Below, piece after piece: positions 51,555 to 61,568 of a DNA stretch of 64,000 nucleotides (position 1 is the first letter of the stretch; each line of letters begins with the position of its first letter). Under the pieces are notes generated by a model that worked only from the letters and a program-made list of their open reading frames with translations, was not told where the DNA came from and ran no database searches. The translations under genes were made by a program, and so were the position numbers. The DNA comes from Candidatus Aminicenantes bacterium (GTDB taxonomy: Bacteria > Acidobacteriota > Aminicenantia > Aminicenantales > Saccharicenantaceae): the NCBI GenBank assembly GCA_963725825.1, contig CAVSAI010000029.1, positions 131,765 through 195,764 on the forward strand, read 5' to 3'.

Positions 51555-53567
51555 ATGAATCCTCTTATTCTCAAGGACCTGGTCATCGTCCTGGCCGCCT
51601 CGGTGCTCATCATCTACGTCTCGCACAAGCTCAGGCTGCCTCCGGTCGTCGGCTTTCTCCTGACCGGCGTCCTGATTGGGCCCGGCGGCCTGTCCCTCGT
51701 CCAGAACGACGCGACGGTCCGGACATTGGCCGAGATCGGCGTCGTCATGCTGCTCTTCACCATCGGCCTCGAGTTCGAGCCGGCCCGGCTCAAGCGGATC
51801 CGACGGAACTTCCTGTTCGGGGGGAGCCTCCAGGTCGCGCTGACGACGGCCGCCTGCGTCGCCATCCTGACCGGCTTCCTGAGATTGCGCTTCAGGGAGG
51901 CCCTCTTCTACGGTTTTCTGATCTCTCTCAGCAGCACGGCGGTCGTGCTCAAGATCCTCGGCGACCGCGGAGAGACCGATTCTCCGCAGGGACGCATCTC
52001 GCTCGGCATTTTGATCTTCCAGGACCTGGCCATCGTGCCCATGCTCGCCCTCGTCCCGGTCCTGGCCAACGCGGGCAGCGTATCGGCGGCGGCCATCGCG
52101 GTCCGCTTCGTGTTGAGTGCGGCGGCGGTCGCCGGCGTTTTCGTCCTGGCCCGCGTCCTGATGCCGTTTCTCCTCAACGTCGTCGTCAGGACGCGCGTCC
52201 GGGAGTTCTTTCTCATCGCCACGCTCTTCCTCTGCCTGGGGATGGCCCTGCTGACGTCCTCTCTCGGGCTGTCTCTCGCTTTGGGGGCGTTCCTGGCCGG
52301 GGTGCTGCTGGCCGAATCCGCCTACAGCCACCAGGTCGTCTCCGATATCCTGCCGTTCAAGGACGTTTTCAATAGCCTCTTTTTCATCGCTGTCGGGATG
52401 CTCCTCGATGGGAAGGCGGTCTGGAAGTTCCTGCCGATTGTCCTGATCCTCGTGGCCGTGGTTCTTGTGGTCAAGACGGTCGTCGCGGTCTCGACCGTCA
52501 TCATCCTCGGCTACGGGGCCCGGGTGGCCGTCGTGACCGGCCTGGCCCTGGCCCAGGTCGGGGAATTCTCGTTCGTCCTGGCCGGCGTCGGAAGGGCCAA
52601 CGGTTTCTTGGCCGGCAACATCTTCCAGGCCTTCATCGCCTCGTCCATCCTGACGATCCTGGCGACGCCGTTCCTCATCCAGGCCTCGCCGGGCCTGGCC
52701 GATCTCGGCGAGCGCAGACTGCACTGGAAAAAGCGGGCGCCTGAGAAGGAAGAATCACGGCTCCGCCCCGAAGGCCACCTCATTATCGCGGGATACGGCC
52801 TCAACGGGAGGAATCTGGCCCACGTGCTCAAGGAGGCGGGCATCGCCTATGTGATCCTCGAGCTCAATCCCGTGACCGTCCGTGAAGCCGCGGCCGATGG
52901 TGAGCCCATCATCTACGGCGACGTCTCGAGGAGGACCATCCTCGAGGAAGCGGGCATCGGGCGGGCCAAGGGCATCGTCTTCGCCATCTCGGACCCTCTG
53001 ATGACCCAGCGGGGCGTCAAGGCGGTCAAAGCCCTCAACCCGGACGCCTTCGTCATCGTCCGCACCCGGTATGCCGCGGAGATCGACCGCCTCCTGGGAC
53101 TCGGGGCCGACGATGTCATCCCGGAGGAGTTCGAGACTTCGATCGAGATCTTCACCCGGGTCCTCGAAAGGTACCATGTGCCGCGCAACGTGGTCGAAGC
53201 CGAGGTGAAGGTGTTGCGCGGCGAGTGCTACGGCATGTTGCGGGGCGCGTGCGCGGCCATCCGCCCGGTGACCGAGAGGATCGCCGACCTGCTCGCGGCC
53301 GGGACGGCCGAGACCTACTTCGTCGGCCGGGGCGCCTGGCCGGCCGGGCAGACCCTCGGAGATCTCGATCTGCGGGGCCGGACCGGGGCCACGGTCCTCG
53401 CCGTCGTCCGGGGGGATCAGTCTTTCGCCGGCCCGGGGGCGGATTTCAAGATCCAGGAGCAGGACATTTTGGTCCTCGTCGCCAGCCACCGCGATGTCGA
53501 CAGGGCCTTCACTTACCTCACCACCGGGGAATCGGTGCAAGACTCCGGGGCGGGAGGAGGCGCCTGA
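51555..53567 (+). CDS. monovalent cation:proton antiporter-2 (CPA2, Kef-type) with TrkA-N and TrkA-C domains
   Basis: About 390-aa multi-TM Na/H exchanger region, then IIAGYGLNGRNLA Rossmann (RCK N) and a C-terminal TrkA-C-like segment. Confidence 0.9.
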   Translation: MNPLILKDLVIVLAASVLIIYVSHKLRLPPVVGFLLTGVLIGPGGLSLVQNDATVRTLAEIGVVMLLFTIGLEFEPARLKRIRRNFLFGGSLQVALTTAACVAILTGFLRLRFREALFYGFLISLSSTAVVLKILGDRGETDSPQGRISLGILIFQDLAIVPMLALVPVLANAGSVSAAAIAVRFVLSAAAVAGVFVLARVLMPFLLNVVVRTRVREFFLIATLFLCLGMALLTSSLGLSLALGAFLAGVLLAESAYSHQVVSDILPFKDVFNSLFFIAVGMLLDGKAVWKFLPIVLILVAVVLVVKTVVAVSTVIILGYGARVAVVTGLALAQVGEFSFVLAGVGRANGFLAGNIFQAFIASSILTILATPFLIQASPGLADLGERRLHWKKRAPEKEESRLRPEGHLIIAGYGLNGRNLAHVLKEAGIAYVILELNPVTVREAAADGEPIIYGDVSRRTILEEAGIGRAKGIVFAISDPLMTQRGVKAVKALNPDAFVIVRTRYAAEIDRLLGLGADDVIPEEFETSIEIFTRVLERYHVPRNVVEAEVKVLRGECYGMLRGACAAIRPVTERIADLLAAGTAETYFVGRGAWPAGQTLGDLDLRGRTGATVLAVVRGDQSFAGPGADFKIQEQDILVLVASHRDVDRAFTYLTTGESVQDSGAGGGA

Positions 53568-53569
53568 GC

Positions 53570-54208
53570 TTGTCCAGTTCTCCGTCACGGCCCTGTCCGT
53601 CGGTCCTGCTCGTGGGCCCGACTGGCTCGGGCAAGACCCCTCTCGGCGATGAGATCGAGCGGCGAGGGCTTCTGGGCCGTCGGTGCCTCCATTTCGATTT
53701 CGGGGCCAGCCTTCGGGCGGCCGCAGATCGGCCTCGGGAATATGGGCTCTCGGCAGGGGAACTGAAGGCGGTCCGCGCCTCGCTCGCGTCGGGGGCCCTG
53801 TTCGAGGATGGGGACATTCCGCTGATCGTCAAGATCCTGAGCGGATTCGCGGCGACACGCCTCCTGCAGCCGGACGGTTTTCTCGTCCTCAACGGGCTGC
53901 CGCGGCACCAGAGCCAGGCCGAGGCCCTCGCTCCCATGGTGTCCGTCGAGAGGGTCGTCTCGCTCGAGGCGGACGCGGCTGTCATCCGTGAGAGGATCCG
54001 CCTTGACACCGGCGGGGACCGGACGGGCAGAGGGGACGACGCGCTCGAAGCGGTCTCGCGGCGCCTGGACGTCTTCAGGGGGCGGACCGAGCCGCTCATC
54101 GATTTCTACCGCGAGCGCGGAGTCCCGGTGACATCGATCGCGGTGACCGTCGAGATGACCGCGGCGGAGATGTTCGACCGGGTCGAGCGTGCGACCGGGG
54201 AAGGGTAG
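53570..54208 (+). CDS. adenylate kinase-family (NMP kinase-like) paralog with divergent P-loop
   Basis: TTG start 2 nt after the antiporter stop, with a GGGAGGAGG SD. GPTGSGKT P-loop, LNGLPRHQSQAEAL, and RRLDVFRGRTEPLIDFYRERG resembling Adk. The track ORF from 53225 is a 5' artefact. Confidence 0.65.
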   Translation: MSSSPSRPCPSVLLVGPTGSGKTPLGDEIERRGLLGRRCLHFDFGASLRAAADRPREYGLSAGELKAVRASLASGALFEDGDIPLIVKILSGFAATRLLQPDGFLVLNGLPRHQSQAEALAPMVSVERVVSLEADAAVIRERIRLDTGGDRTGRGDDALEAVSRRLDVFRGRTEPLIDFYRERGVPVTSIAVTVEMTAAEMFDRVERATGEG

Positions 54209-54215
54209 GAGAGAT

Positions 54216-56306
54216 ATGAGAAAGAGCGTCTTGATAGCGGCGACGGCGTTCGTCCTCGCGGCCCAGATTTCACCCGCCCTTTGGGGACGGCCGGACGGGC
54301 CCCGTTTCGACACGGTCCTTTACGGCGCCTCTTACTACTGGGAATACATGCCCTACGAAAGGCTCGAAGAGGACTTCGAGCTCATGGAGAAGGCCGGCAT
54401 CAGCTTCATCCGGGTGGGGGAGTCCACCTGGGGGGTCCTCGAGCCGAGTGACGGCCGTTTCGATTTCGACTGGCTCGGCCGCGTCCTCGACAGGGCCCAC
54501 AAGGCCGGGATCAAGGTCATCCTGGGCACGCCGACGTATTCGATCCCGGCCTGGCTCTATAAGAAGCACCCCGAGATCCAGGTCAAGCAGGCCGGTCAGC
54601 CTCGCTACACCTACGGCCTGAGACAGATGACCGATCTGACCCATCCCGTGTATCGGAGGTACGCCGAGCGGATCATCCGCAGGCTCGTGGGCCGGTTCAA
54701 AGACCACCCGGCCGTCATCGGCTACCAGCTCGATAACGAGACGCACCCCTCGGGCACGGCCGACATCGACGTCCAGGCGGCCTTCCGCGACCGCCTCAGG
54801 AAGATCTTCGTCACGCCCGAGGCCCTGAACAAGGCGTGGGGCCTGAACTACTGGGGCCAGCGGGTCAACAGCTTCGACGAGGTCCCGCCGCGCGAAGGCG
54901 CCGTCAACCCCGGCTACAAGCTCGAGTGGGAGCGCTTCGAGCAGGCGGTCGCGACCGATTTCCTGAGCTGGCAAGCGGGCATCGTCAGGGAGATCAAGCG
55001 GCCGGATCAGTTCGTCACCCATGACTTCTGCGGCGGGCTCCCGACGGACGTCCGCCAGTTCGACATCGCCCGGGCGCTGGACGTCCCGGCCGTCAATATC
55101 TACTTCGGCACCCAGGACGACATGACCGGAGGGGAGATCGCCTTCAACGGCGACGTCAACCGGTCTTTCAAGCGTTCAAACTATCTCGTCACCGAGACGA
55201 CGGCGCAGACGACCGGATGGAATTCGGCCGGCCAGTTCCCGCCATACGATGGGCAGCTCAGGCTGGCCGCCTATGCCAACGTCATGAGCGGGGCCAACCT
55301 CGTCGCCTATTGGCACTGGCACTCCCTGCACTACGGGCAGGAGACCTACTGGAAAGGCGTTTTGGGGCACGACCTCGAGCCGGGCCGGGCCTACGCCGAA
55401 GTGACGAGGACCGCCCGGGAGCTGCGGCGGGTCGGACCGACGCTGGCCAACCTGAAGAAGAGGAACCGGGTCGCCATCCTCTACAGCCTGGACTCCCTCC
55501 ACGGCATCGACATCATGCCCTTCGACTCGCGCGTCGGATACATGAGCCTGCTCAGCCAGCTCTATGGGTCTCTCTACCGGCTCAATGTCGAGACGGATTT
55601 CGTCCACCCCGAGGACCCGCGCTTCGGGGAGTACGATCTGGTCGTTGTCCCGGCCCTGTACATTGCCGATGGGGCCCTGCTCGGCAAGATCGCGAAATAC
55701 GTCGAAGGCGGCGGGCACGTCCTGATGACCTTCAAGAGCGGGGTCTGCGACGAGAACTCGACGGTCCGCTGGACGCCGGCGCCGGGGCCTCTGCGCCAGG
55801 CCTGCGGATTCATGTACCGGGAGTTCACGAACCTGAAGCAGCCTCTCCGGCTGAGGGGTGATCCTTTCAAGGCCGCCGCGGGGAACAGCGTTTCGGTATG
55901 GGCGGAATACATATGCCCGGAGACCTGCAGCGCTTTGGCGTTCTATGATCATCCCGTTTTTGGGGCCTACCCGGCGGTGACCCGGAACCGGTTCGGCAAG
56001 GGGGTTCTGACGTACGAGGGCACGTTCCTCGCGGCCGCGCTCCAGGACAAGGTCGTCGCCGATTGTCTCGCCGTGGCCGGCGTGCCCCTCGCGGACACGG
56101 GACTTCCGGCCGGGATCAAGGCGAAGCACGGCCAGCTGGCAGACGGGGGCATCCTCCACGCCTACCTCAATTTCTCCTCAAGCCGGCGCGAATTCACTTA
56201 TGGCCGGGAGTCCGGCCGCGATATCCTGACCGGCGCCCCCGTCGCTTCGGGCGCCCGCATCGTCCTCGCGCCGTGGGACCTCATCATGGTCCGGACAGGA
56301 CGGTAG
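54216..56306 (+). CDS. beta-galactosidase (GH42), secreted
   Basis: Signal peptide. FIRVGESTWGVLEP and GYQLDNE (acid/base region). Three-domain length typical of GH42. Confidence 0.9.
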   Translation: MRKSVLIAATAFVLAAQISPALWGRPDGPRFDTVLYGASYYWEYMPYERLEEDFELMEKAGISFIRVGESTWGVLEPSDGRFDFDWLGRVLDRAHKAGIKVILGTPTYSIPAWLYKKHPEIQVKQAGQPRYTYGLRQMTDLTHPVYRRYAERIIRRLVGRFKDHPAVIGYQLDNETHPSGTADIDVQAAFRDRLRKIFVTPEALNKAWGLNYWGQRVNSFDEVPPREGAVNPGYKLEWERFEQAVATDFLSWQAGIVREIKRPDQFVTHDFCGGLPTDVRQFDIARALDVPAVNIYFGTQDDMTGGEIAFNGDVNRSFKRSNYLVTETTAQTTGWNSAGQFPPYDGQLRLAAYANVMSGANLVAYWHWHSLHYGQETYWKGVLGHDLEPGRAYAEVTRTARELRRVGPTLANLKKRNRVAILYSLDSLHGIDIMPFDSRVGYMSLLSQLYGSLYRLNVETDFVHPEDPRFGEYDLVVVPALYIADGALLGKIAKYVEGGGHVLMTFKSGVCDENSTVRWTPAPGPLRQACGFMYREFTNLKQPLRLRGDPFKAAAGNSVSVWAEYICPETCSALAFYDHPVFGAYPAVTRNRFGKGVLTYEGTFLAAALQDKVVADCLAVAGVPLADTGLPAGIKAKHGQLADGGILHAYLNFSSSRREFTYGRESGRDILTGAPVASGARIVLAPWDLIMVRTGR

Positions 56307-56331
56307 GGCCGCTCATCCCGCAAGAATTAGG

Positions 56332-56361
56332 TTGACAGCCGCGTCGCCGTAATCATACAGT
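56332..56361 (+). promoter_or_regulatory. possible sigma70-like promoter of the C69 peptidase gene
   Basis: TTGACA (56332-56337), N18, TACAGT (56356-56361). CAGGAGG SD before the ATG at 56398. Confidence 0.4.
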
Positions 56362-56397
56362 CATATTTTGGCAAAGAACCGGACAGGAGGCCCTCCT

Positions 56398-58089
56398 ATG
56401 ACTCGTTCTCGATGGACAAGGATCCTCGGCTGCGGCTTCGTCGTCGCCCTGGCGTTCGCCGCGGCCTTCACCGTCTTCGCGGCGCGCCCGAGCGACGCTC
56501 CGCTCAGCGCGGCCGCCAAAGCCTGGATCGAGGACCCGGACAGCTGCACGTCGATCCAGGTCGGCCGGCTGGCCACGGTCGACGGCTCGGTCATCACCTG
56601 CCACACCTGCGACGGACCCTACAGACAATGGGTCAACATCGTCCCCCACCAAAAGTGGGACGAAAAGGCGATGAACAAGATCTACTCCGGCAAGATGCAC
56701 ACGGAGACGCCGACAGACCTCGTCGGGATCGTCCAGACCGGCGAGATCCCCCAGGTCCCCGAGACCTACCGCTTCCTGAACACCGCTTACCCGGCGCTGA
56801 ATGAAGCCGGCCTGGCCATCGGCGAGACGACGATCGGCGGCCGCCGCGAGCTCGTCAACAACGAGGGCATGTTCATGATCGAGGAGCTCGAACGGCTCGC
56901 CCTCGAGCGCTGCAAGACGGCCCGCGAGGCCATCAAGCTGATCGGCGACCTGGTCAAGCAATACGGCTACGGCGACTACGGCGAGTGCATCACCATCGCC
57001 GACGGCAAGGAAGTCTGGCACTTCGAGATCATGGGCGCCGGACCTCTCGAGAAAGGGGCCGTCTGGGCGGCCGTGCGCATCCCCGACGACCACGTCGGCA
57101 TCTCGGCCAACATCCCCCGCATCCCCGAGATCGACCTCAAGAACCCCGACCGATACATGGCCTCCGAGAACGTCTTCCAGGTGGCCCAGGACATGGGCTG
57201 GTGGGACCCCAAGAGCGGCAAGCCGTTCAAGTTCTGGGAAGCCTACGGCGGCGGACGGGGCAAGCCGTTCTCGACGCGCGAGTTCTTCGTCCTCAGCACG
57301 CTCGCGCCTTCGCTCAAGCTGAACATGGATATGCCCGAGCTGCCGTTCTCGGTCAAGCCCGAAAAGAAGCTCTCCGTCCGCGATATTTTGGCCATTTACC
57401 GCGATCCCTATGAGGGGACGGACCTCGACATGACCAGGAACATGCCCCTCTTCCCGCAGCAGCAGCGCCGCAGGCCGGGCGAGGCCCCTCCCGCTCAGCC
57501 TGTTGCCCCGCAGATGGTGCCGAGCAATATCGTCAGCGCCTGGATGCCCCGGGACATCATTTCCATCGTTAACAGCCTCAAGCCTGGGACGATCGTCGGA
57601 CAGCGGACTATCCCCATCTCGGGATGCGCCTACGCCACCGTCCTCCAGATCAAGGGCTGGCTGCCCCCCGCGGTCGGAGCGGTCTGCTGGTTCAACTTCG
57701 ACAACCCGGCCATGAGCGCCCGCATCCCCATCTTCGCCGGGACGACCGAGCTTCCGCCGAGCTTCGGGATCTGCGCCCAGCACAATTTCCGCCTGGATTC
57801 CGCGGCTTGGGCCTTCCGCAGGGCCAACCGACTGGCCACCCTGAAGTGGGGGATGACCAAGAAGACGATCCAGGACACGATCGCCGAGTTCGAGAACAAG
57901 GTCTTCGCCGACCTGCCGCTGATCGAGAAGAGGGTCCAGGAGATCCTGGCCAGCAAGACACCGGACAAGGAGCCGTTCACGGTCGAGAGCTATCTGACCA
58001 AGTACACCAACGACACGGCCCGGGCCGCCATCCAGAAGTATATGGAGCTCGGCGACAAGTTCTGGATGCTCATCGCCATGGGCCTCTAG
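56398..58089 (+). CDS. C69 family dipeptidase, secreted
   Basis: Signal peptide, then DSCTSIQVG (N-terminal nucleophile Cys context). Length and conserved blocks are typical of peptidase C69. Confidence 0.85.
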   Translation: MTRSRWTRILGCGFVVALAFAAAFTVFAARPSDAPLSAAAKAWIEDPDSCTSIQVGRLATVDGSVITCHTCDGPYRQWVNIVPHQKWDEKAMNKIYSGKMHTETPTDLVGIVQTGEIPQVPETYRFLNTAYPALNEAGLAIGETTIGGRRELVNNEGMFMIEELERLALERCKTAREAIKLIGDLVKQYGYGDYGECITIADGKEVWHFEIMGAGPLEKGAVWAAVRIPDDHVGISANIPRIPEIDLKNPDRYMASENVFQVAQDMGWWDPKSGKPFKFWEAYGGGRGKPFSTREFFVLSTLAPSLKLNMDMPELPFSVKPEKKLSVRDILAIYRDPYEGTDLDMTRNMPLFPQQQRRRPGEAPPAQPVAPQMVPSNIVSAWMPRDIISIVNSLKPGTIVGQRTIPISGCAYATVLQIKGWLPPAVGAVCWFNFDNPAMSARIPIFAGTTELPPSFGICAQHNFRLDSAAWAFRRANRLATLKWGMTKKTIQDTIAEFENKVFADLPLIEKRVQEILASKTPDKEPFTVESYLTKYTNDTARAAIQKYMELGDKFWMLIAMGL

Positions 58090-58147
58090 GAAAGAAGGGG
58101 GACACGTACCCGAGGTACATGTCCCCCTTCTTTTCCGTTCTTTTTTT
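58089..58147. terminator. bidirectional rho-independent terminator between convergent genes
   Basis: About 20-bp stem GGAAAGAAGGGGGACACGTACC / GGTACATGTCCCCCTTCTTTTCC, followed by a T-rich run. Confidence 0.6.
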
Positions 58148-58149
58148 GT

Positions 58150-59238
58150 TTAGAGCGCGTACTTGTAGAGGTTCATGCCGGCCGGGAGCTTGACCTTCTC
58201 CCTGTAGATGTCCCAGTAGTAGGCCTTGGCCTCGGCCAGCTTCGCGTAGAGGGGATGGCCGGGGTCCGGAACGTGGGTGGCCGCGACCGCGTTCTTCTCG
58301 TCGACGCAGAGGAGCTTCTGGCAGCGGTTCATGATCCCGGCAGTGCCGATGCTCGCGGCGACGACGAGGTCCCGGTCCTTGACCCGGTTGATCAGCTCGC
58401 CATAAGTGACCTGGCGCTCCTCGACCTTGACGCCCATGTCCCGCAAGATCGCCACCATGCCCTGGATCGTGACCGAGGGCAGGATGAGCTCGCTCTCCGG
58501 TATCTTGACGATCGTCCCGTCCCGGAGGCCGAACAGGCAGCACGACGAATCCCACTCGGTGACGACGCGCTCCGCCAGGGGAAGATGCGTCCTGTCGTCG
58601 AGGAACAGGGCCGCCGCGGCCTGCGGGTCGACGTCCTTGGCCGCCTCGAGGGCCTTCAGGCTGACGAGATAGTTGATGCCGAGCTTGAGCCAGCCGGTCT
58701 TGTTCAGGGCCACGGCCCGAACGAGGTTGGGGATGACGACGCCGGTGAACGGCTCGCCGAGATAATTATCGTAGCTGCAGAAGATGGCCCGCACGGCCGG
58801 TTGTCCGGGGAAGGTGACGCCCATCGACTGCTCCTCGTCGACCGTGAACGGCCTCAGGTAGCCCTGGAGCCCCTTCTCGGCCATGTCCGCGAGGAAGGGC
58901 CGGATCGCCGGGTCCTTGAAATACTGATGGATGATGATGCTCTCGAGCTCGTCGACCGAGGGGATGATGTCGGCCTGGGCCCTGCCGAGGTTGAAGGCCA
59001 TGCCGCGGCGGAGCCGCTCCAGGTTCTTGTGCCAATTGAGGAAATTGACCTCGAGCTTGCCCGCCGCGCCCTTCCGGCAGAAGAAGCGTATGCCTTCGAA
59101 GCAGAGGAACGAGGCGTAGAAGGTCGACCGGGAGACGGCAAAGACCTTGGCGTCGGGTTCGAGGATGCCGAACTGTTTCCCGGAAAGGAGATAGCGCATC
59201 TGCCGCGGGGCCCATTTCACGCCTTCGAACTTGGCCAT
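58150..59238 (-). CDS. class IV (branched-chain amino acid type) aminotransferase-like protein
   Basis: FEGIRFF and LKLGINYLVSL (PLP lysine context KxGxNY). C-terminal ILPSVT...GEL pattern, as in IlvE. Confidence 0.7.
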   Translation of the reverse strand: MAKFEGVKWAPRQMRYLLSGKQFGILEPDAKVFAVSRSTFYASFLCFEGIRFFCRKGAAGKLEVNFLNWHKNLERLRRGMAFNLGRAQADIIPSVDELESIIIHQYFKDPAIRPFLADMAEKGLQGYLRPFTVDEEQSMGVTFPGQPAVRAIFCSYDNYLGEPFTGVVIPNLVRAVALNKTGWLKLGINYLVSLKALEAAKDVDPQAAAALFLDDRTHLPLAERVVTEWDSSCCLFGLRDGTIVKIPESELILPSVTIQGMVAILRDMGVKVEERQVTYGELINRVKDRDLVVAASIGTAGIMNRCQKLLCVDEKNAVAATHVPDPGHPLYAKLAEAKAYYWDIYREKVKLPAGMNLYKYAL

Positions 59239-59268
59239 TCGTATCCTCCTTGATCGAGAACGGTCCGG

Positions 59269-61479
59269 CTACTTGACGACCGGCTTCAAGTGCTCGATGA
59301 AATACTCGACCCGCGAGGCCGGATAGCGGGCGACGCCGATACCGTGCTGCTGCTCGGGGTAGATCATCAGGTCGAACGTCTTGTTCTCCTTGAGCAGGGC
59401 CTGGACGAGCTGAATGGTGTTGGTGGGGTGGACGTTGTCGTCGACGGCGCCGTGGTGGATGAAGAGCTTGCCTTTGAGGTTCTTGGCGTAGGTCAGGCAG
59501 GAGGCCTTCTCGTAGCCGTCGGGATTGTCCTCGGGCCGGCGCATGTAGCGCTCCGTGTAGATCGAGTCGTAGTTCCGCCAGTCGGTGACCGGCGCCCCGG
59601 CGACACCGACCTGGAAGACGTCGGGGGCCTTGAGCAGGGCCAGGCAGGTGAAGTAGCCGCCGTAGGAATGGCCGGTGACGCCGACGCGCGTCGCGTCGAC
59701 GTAGGGCCGCTGGCCGAGGGCCTTGACGAAGGCGATGTGATCCTCGAGCTCGACCTGGCCGAGCTTCATGTAGTGGAGGTTCTGGAAGGCCTTGCCGCGA
59801 CCGGAGACGCCGCGGTAGTCGCAGACGGCGACAAGGAAGCCGAGCTGGGCCAGGGCCTGGCTCCCGTCCGTCATCTTGTAGGAATTGCTGACACCCTTGG
59901 AGCCCGGCCCGCCGTAGATCGAGAGAATGAGAGGGTACTTGTCGTTGGGGTCGAAATGAGCCGGAAAGTAGAGGAGGCCGTCGAGGTCATATTGGCCGTC
60001 GGCCGACTTGAACAGGAAATGCTCCGGCTTGATCAGCTTGAGGTCCAGGAATTCCTTGGTGGGCGTTCCGGCGTTGAGGACCCGCACCGCCTTGCCGTCG
60101 GCCTGGTAGAGGGTCGATTTCGCGGGCTGGTCGTAGCTCGAAAAGGAATCGGTGTAGTAATCGAAGGTCGGCGACAGGTTGACCCGGTGCGAGCCGGGCT
60201 CCTTGGTCATCCGGGCGAAACCGGTCCCGTCGAGCTTGACCCTGTAGGCGTGGCTCTCGGTTCCGTTCACTTCGAACCCTCCGAAATAGACGATCCCCCT
60301 GGCCTCATCGACGCCCTGGATCGACTGGACAGGGAGCTTGGCGTTGGTCAGCTGCTTGACGAGCTTGCCCGTGGCCAGGTCGTAGAGGTAGATCTCGCGC
60401 CAGCCGCTCCGCTCCGAGGTCCAGAGAAAGCGCTGGTTGTCCTTGAGGAAGATGAGGTCGGTCGATTCGTCGATGTAGCAAGGGTCCGTGTCGGTCAGGA
60501 ACAACCGTGTCTTGCCCGTGGCCGGATCGGCCGCGAAGAGCTCGACCTTGTTCTGGAGCCGGTTGAGGCGGTGGTAGGTGAATTCGCGGCCGTCGCTGGT
60601 CCATTTGCCGCGATAGAGGTAGACGTCGAGGTCGTCGCCCGTTTCCAGCCGGACGATCTTCTTCGACGCGACGTCGACGACGAACAGACGGACGATGGGG
60701 TTGTTCGCCCCCGGGACCGGGTATCCCTGGAGCTCGTAGCGGGGCATAGGGGCGATATCGTGGACGATGGGGTACTTGGCCACCGGGCTCTCGTCGAACT
60801 GCATGAAGGCGATCCTTTTGGAATCGGGCGACCACCAGTAAGCTTCGTATTGGGCCAGCTCTTCAGGGTAGACCCAATCGGGGTAGCCGTTGCGAAGATC
60901 CTCGGTGCCGTCCGTGGTCAGGGCCGTCTCATTGCCGTCCATGTCCTTGATGTAGAGGTTATAGTTGCGCGTGAAGGCCCGGTATTTGAGGTCGGGCGAG
61001 AGGACGTCGCCGTAGGACCGGCCGCGGACGCCGGTGACGGACCGCTCCGGCTCGTACGCGTTCAGCTTGCCTGTGGAAAGGTCATAGATGAAGACCTTGT
61101 TGAAGGCCTGGAATTGGATCCTCTTGCCGTCGTCGAGGTACTGGAAGCGGTTGAAGACGGGCTTGACTTCCTGGCGGCCGGTCATGGCGTTGACCGCGGC
61201 CAGGATCTTGGCGTCGTCGAAAAGAGGCGTCTTTTCGCCCGTGACGATGTCGGTCCGCTTGAACGTGCCGTCCTCGAGGGCGTAAGAGCCCTTGCCGTCC
61301 GGGGTCCAGGCGATGCCGCCGCCGAACCCTCCGCCGGAGCCCATCATCCTGCGGCCCTCGCGCTGGAGCTTCTCGTAGAGGGCCTTGCCGATGATCTTTT
61401 CCTGCGGGAAGGCCTGGCCGACGAAGAGGACGACGACGAGCAGGCCGGCGAGTGCCGCCAGTCTCGAATTCCTTCTCAT
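59269..61479 (-). CDS. dipeptidyl peptidase IV-type S9 serine peptidase, secreted
   Basis: AAGGAG SD and a signal peptide. DPP-IV-like propeller, GHSYGGYF nucleophile elbow, C-terminal D...H. The track ORF to 61989 is a 5' artefact. Confidence 0.9.
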   Translation of the reverse strand: MRRNSRLAALAGLLVVVLFVGQAFPQEKIIGKALYEKLQREGRRMMGSGGGFGGGIAWTPDGKGSYALEDGTFKRTDIVTGEKTPLFDDAKILAAVNAMTGRQEVKPVFNRFQYLDDGKRIQFQAFNKVFIYDLSTGKLNAYEPERSVTGVRGRSYGDVLSPDLKYRAFTRNYNLYIKDMDGNETALTTDGTEDLRNGYPDWVYPEELAQYEAYWWSPDSKRIAFMQFDESPVAKYPIVHDIAPMPRYELQGYPVPGANNPIVRLFVVDVASKKIVRLETGDDLDVYLYRGKWTSDGREFTYHRLNRLQNKVELFAADPATGKTRLFLTDTDPCYIDESTDLIFLKDNQRFLWTSERSGWREIYLYDLATGKLVKQLTNAKLPVQSIQGVDEARGIVYFGGFEVNGTESHAYRVKLDGTGFARMTKEPGSHRVNLSPTFDYYTDSFSSYDQPAKSTLYQADGKAVRVLNAGTPTKEFLDLKLIKPEHFLFKSADGQYDLDGLLYFPAHFDPNDKYPLILSIYGGPGSKGVSNSYKMTDGSQALAQLGFLVAVCDYRGVSGRGKAFQNLHYMKLGQVELEDHIAFVKALGQRPYVDATRVGVTGHSYGGYFTCLALLKAPDVFQVGVAGAPVTDWRNYDSIYTERYMRRPEDNPDGYEKASCLTYAKNLKGKLFIHHGAVDDNVHPTNTIQLVQALLKENKTFDLMIYPEQQHGIGVARYPASRVEYFIEHLKPVVK

Positions 61480-61568
61480 GGTGCGACTCCTTGACCCTGA
61501 CGGTCGTTTTGCGTTCGGACCCGGTTCTTTCGAGAGAAGCCCTATTCTAGGCATTCCGGGGCGCTTGT

